Assembly: GCA_036491115.1 (NCBI GenBank)
Contig: DASXCQ010000089.1
Coordinates: forward strand, 12,858 to 76,857
Length of the DNA stretch: 64,000 nucleotides
Reading direction: 5' to 3'
From: Pseudonocardiaceae bacterium
GTDB taxonomy: Bacteria > Actinomycetota > Actinomycetes > Mycobacteriales > Pseudonocardiaceae
Shown here: piece after piece, positions 62,793 to 64,000 of the stretch
Layout of the letters: every line of letters begins with the position of its first letter
Position numbering within the stretch: position 1 is the stretch's first letter
Translations under genes and position numbers: made by a program
Notes under the pieces: model-generated
The model's input: the letters and a program-made list of their open reading frames with translations, nothing else
Told to the model about the DNA's origin: nothing
Databases searched by the model: none

Positions 62793-63524
62793 TCAGTGAG
62801 CCCTGAATCTCGCCGCCCAGTCGGCGTTGACGTGATCGGCCTGTCGACGGTGCCCGATCACCAGTTGCCGGCCCGGCGGAACGTGCAGGCCGAGATAGTC
62901 GAGCACTGTGTGTGCAGTGCGTAGCGGGTCTGCCGCCAACTCCTCATAGACAACCTGATAGGGCACGATGCTGTGGGCAGCGAACCAGAGGGCCCAGTCC
63001 GCCTCGAATTTCTCGATTGCGGCGACCAGCCGGCCAATCAGTTCTTCGTCATAGTGAGGATGTTGGCCTCCGGGTTGGACGGCCTCACCCGGATGCCAAT
63101 AGTGGGTTTGCAGCGCCTTCGCCCACGACACGGCCTGGGCCACGACATCATGTCGTCGCAGGTGAACGAATCTGAGCCGACCCAACTGGGCGCTCAACAG
63201 CTCCACATCGGTCACCGCTGATCCAGAATCGGCGGCAAGGTCACCGATCAGTTCCGGCAGCGTCTCGGCCATGATCCTGCCGCCGAAGACACCATTCGAT
63301 GTCGTGCCGGCGGCCAGCGCCGCTCGAACGTACGTTTCGTCGATCCGTCCGTCACGAGATCGGGCTATCCGCCAAGCGTCGGCATAGTCATGCAGACCCC
63401 GACGGTTGAAGTAGGAGGCTGGGCGGCCAGCGATTCCGGAGGACTCCAGCAGACCGCACAGCAGGGTACTTCCAGAGCGTGGCGTCGCGCAGAGCAGGTA
63501 CGAATCGGAGCCTGGATGGGTCAC
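62793..63524 (-). CDS. Stf0-family sulfotransferase (trehalose 2-sulfotransferase-like)
   Basis: SYLLCATPRSGSTLLCGLLESSG (PAPS-binding loop), VHLRRHDVVAQAVSWAKALQT and VVYEELAADP. GTG at 63524. GC3 is reduced. Confidence 0.75.
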   Translation of the reverse strand: MTHPGSDSYLLCATPRSGSTLLCGLLESSGIAGRPASYFNRRGLHDYADAWRIARSRDGRIDETYVRAALAAGTTSNGVFGGRIMAETLPELIGDLAADSGSAVTDVELLSAQLGRLRFVHLRRHDVVAQAVSWAKALQTHYWHPGEAVQPGGQHPHYDEELIGRLVAAIEKFEADWALWFAAHSIVPYQVVYEELAADPLRTAHTVLDYLGLHVPPGRQLVIGHRRQADHVNADWAARFRAH

Positions 63525-63749
63525 AGCGGCCGACGGTAACCAAGCGCCGAGCCGTGCCCCAACCGAATTTCCGCAGGACGATCCGCAACGCGACCAAACC
63601 GTGCCTGCGCGGGCCGACTGGACCCAGCGCACCCCGCAAGGGCTGGTAGCGACTCTCCGCCGGGAAGGGTCGCGAGGCCAGAACACCGTCGCGCCGCGAG
63701 CCTTGTACACGAGTTGACCGGAGGCACGGAAACGGTGCCAGGTCCTCGA

Positions 63750-63827
63750 TCAGCGACCGCGGCGGCGGGTGACCCGCCGTGCTGTGCGACGGGACGTGCG
63801 CCGTGCCATCCGTCGTGACCCGAACAT
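63750..63827 (-). CDS. Candidate 25-aa arginine-rich micro-ORF (too short for the ORF track)
   Basis: GGAGGTAACG-ATG, translating to MFGSRRMARRTSRRTARRVTRRRGR-TGA. It starts 21 nt downstream of the stop of the preceding partial gene. Confidence 0.25.
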   Translation of the reverse strand: MFGSRRMARRTSRRTARRVTRRRGR

Positions 63828-63848
63828 CGTTACCTCCATGGGCTTTCG

Positions 63849-64000
63849 TCAGTGACTGACGGCGTCCGCCGTCTCCAGGGCGTGCAGTTCCGCCGCCTCG
63901 GCCGCCGAGACCAGACCGATCCCGACGAGGTCCAACGGGCTGACGAAGCCGTCGCTGATCCGGAAGCCGCCTGCCGACGCGATCGCGTCGCGCAACGGTA
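63849..64000 (-). CDS. 3' end of an unidentified gene (5' end beyond the right edge)
   Basis: The frame is open from the window edge to the TGA at 63849-63851: ...PLRDAIASAGGFRISDGFVSPLDLVGIGLVSAAEAAELHALETADAVSH. High GC3. Confidence 0.4.
   Translation of the reverse strand, partial: PLRDAIASAGGFRISDGFVSPLDLVGIGLVSAAEAAELHALETADAVSH

Overview
This is a high-GC (about 70% or more) actinobacterial chromosomal segment; I cannot assign a species from sequence alone. About 65 CDS look intact. Most long Arg/Pro/Gly-rich ORFs in the supplied track are antisense or off-frame shadows of these genes. I recognised no rRNA, tRNA, CRISPR array, transposase or integrase.

Main blocks, left to right:
- A secreted GH15 glucoamylase, partial at the left edge and absent from the ORF track.
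- A fused GAF-histidine kinase-pseudoreceiver-LuxR protein next to an aldolase/HAD/dhaL/dhaK operon.
- HxlR, MarR, XRE and IclR regulator pairs with their cargo genes, including a P450 with a VanB-type reductase.
- A four-gene operon joined by 4-bp overlaps: prolyl aminopeptidase, methyltransferase, MaoC-like hydratase, HIT.
- A SigF-like sigma factor, and separately an RsbW/RsbV-like pair next to a Ser/Thr kinase.
- A transketolase preceded by a zinc-ribbon micro-gene, divergent from an FdnH/NrfD/DUF6328 set that has no catalytic subunit.
- A NarL-type two-component system.

The most interesting locus is a low-GC cassette at 41.2-44.6 kb. It encodes an HD phosphohydrolase, two paralogous degenerate Nudix-fold proteins and a 2TM protein. 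It is flanked by an ABC-type ATPase and 0.7 kb of non-coding DNA. I propose it as a candidate, unnamed nucleotide-centred conflict/defence system.

The right third of the window (51-62.4 kb) is rich in decayed genes. These include:
- a condensation-domain gene with an in-frame TAG;
- a triple-frameshifted SigK-like ECF sigma with a gutted RskA-like anti-sigma;
- truncated oxidoreductase, ferritin-like, cupredoxin and HypF fragments, with a clear deletion junction near 57598;
- a mosaic of Rhs/YD, monooxygenase and hydrolase fragments.

Several patches have reduced GC3 and a C-depleted plus strand, which suggests horizontally acquired or mosaic DNA: 20.1-20.9, 30.4-31.4, 40.5-45.3, 58.05-58.9 and 62.4-63.8 kb.

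All family assignments come from motif recognition by eye. Start codons are best guesses from SD motifs and overlaps. Nothing was searched against databases.
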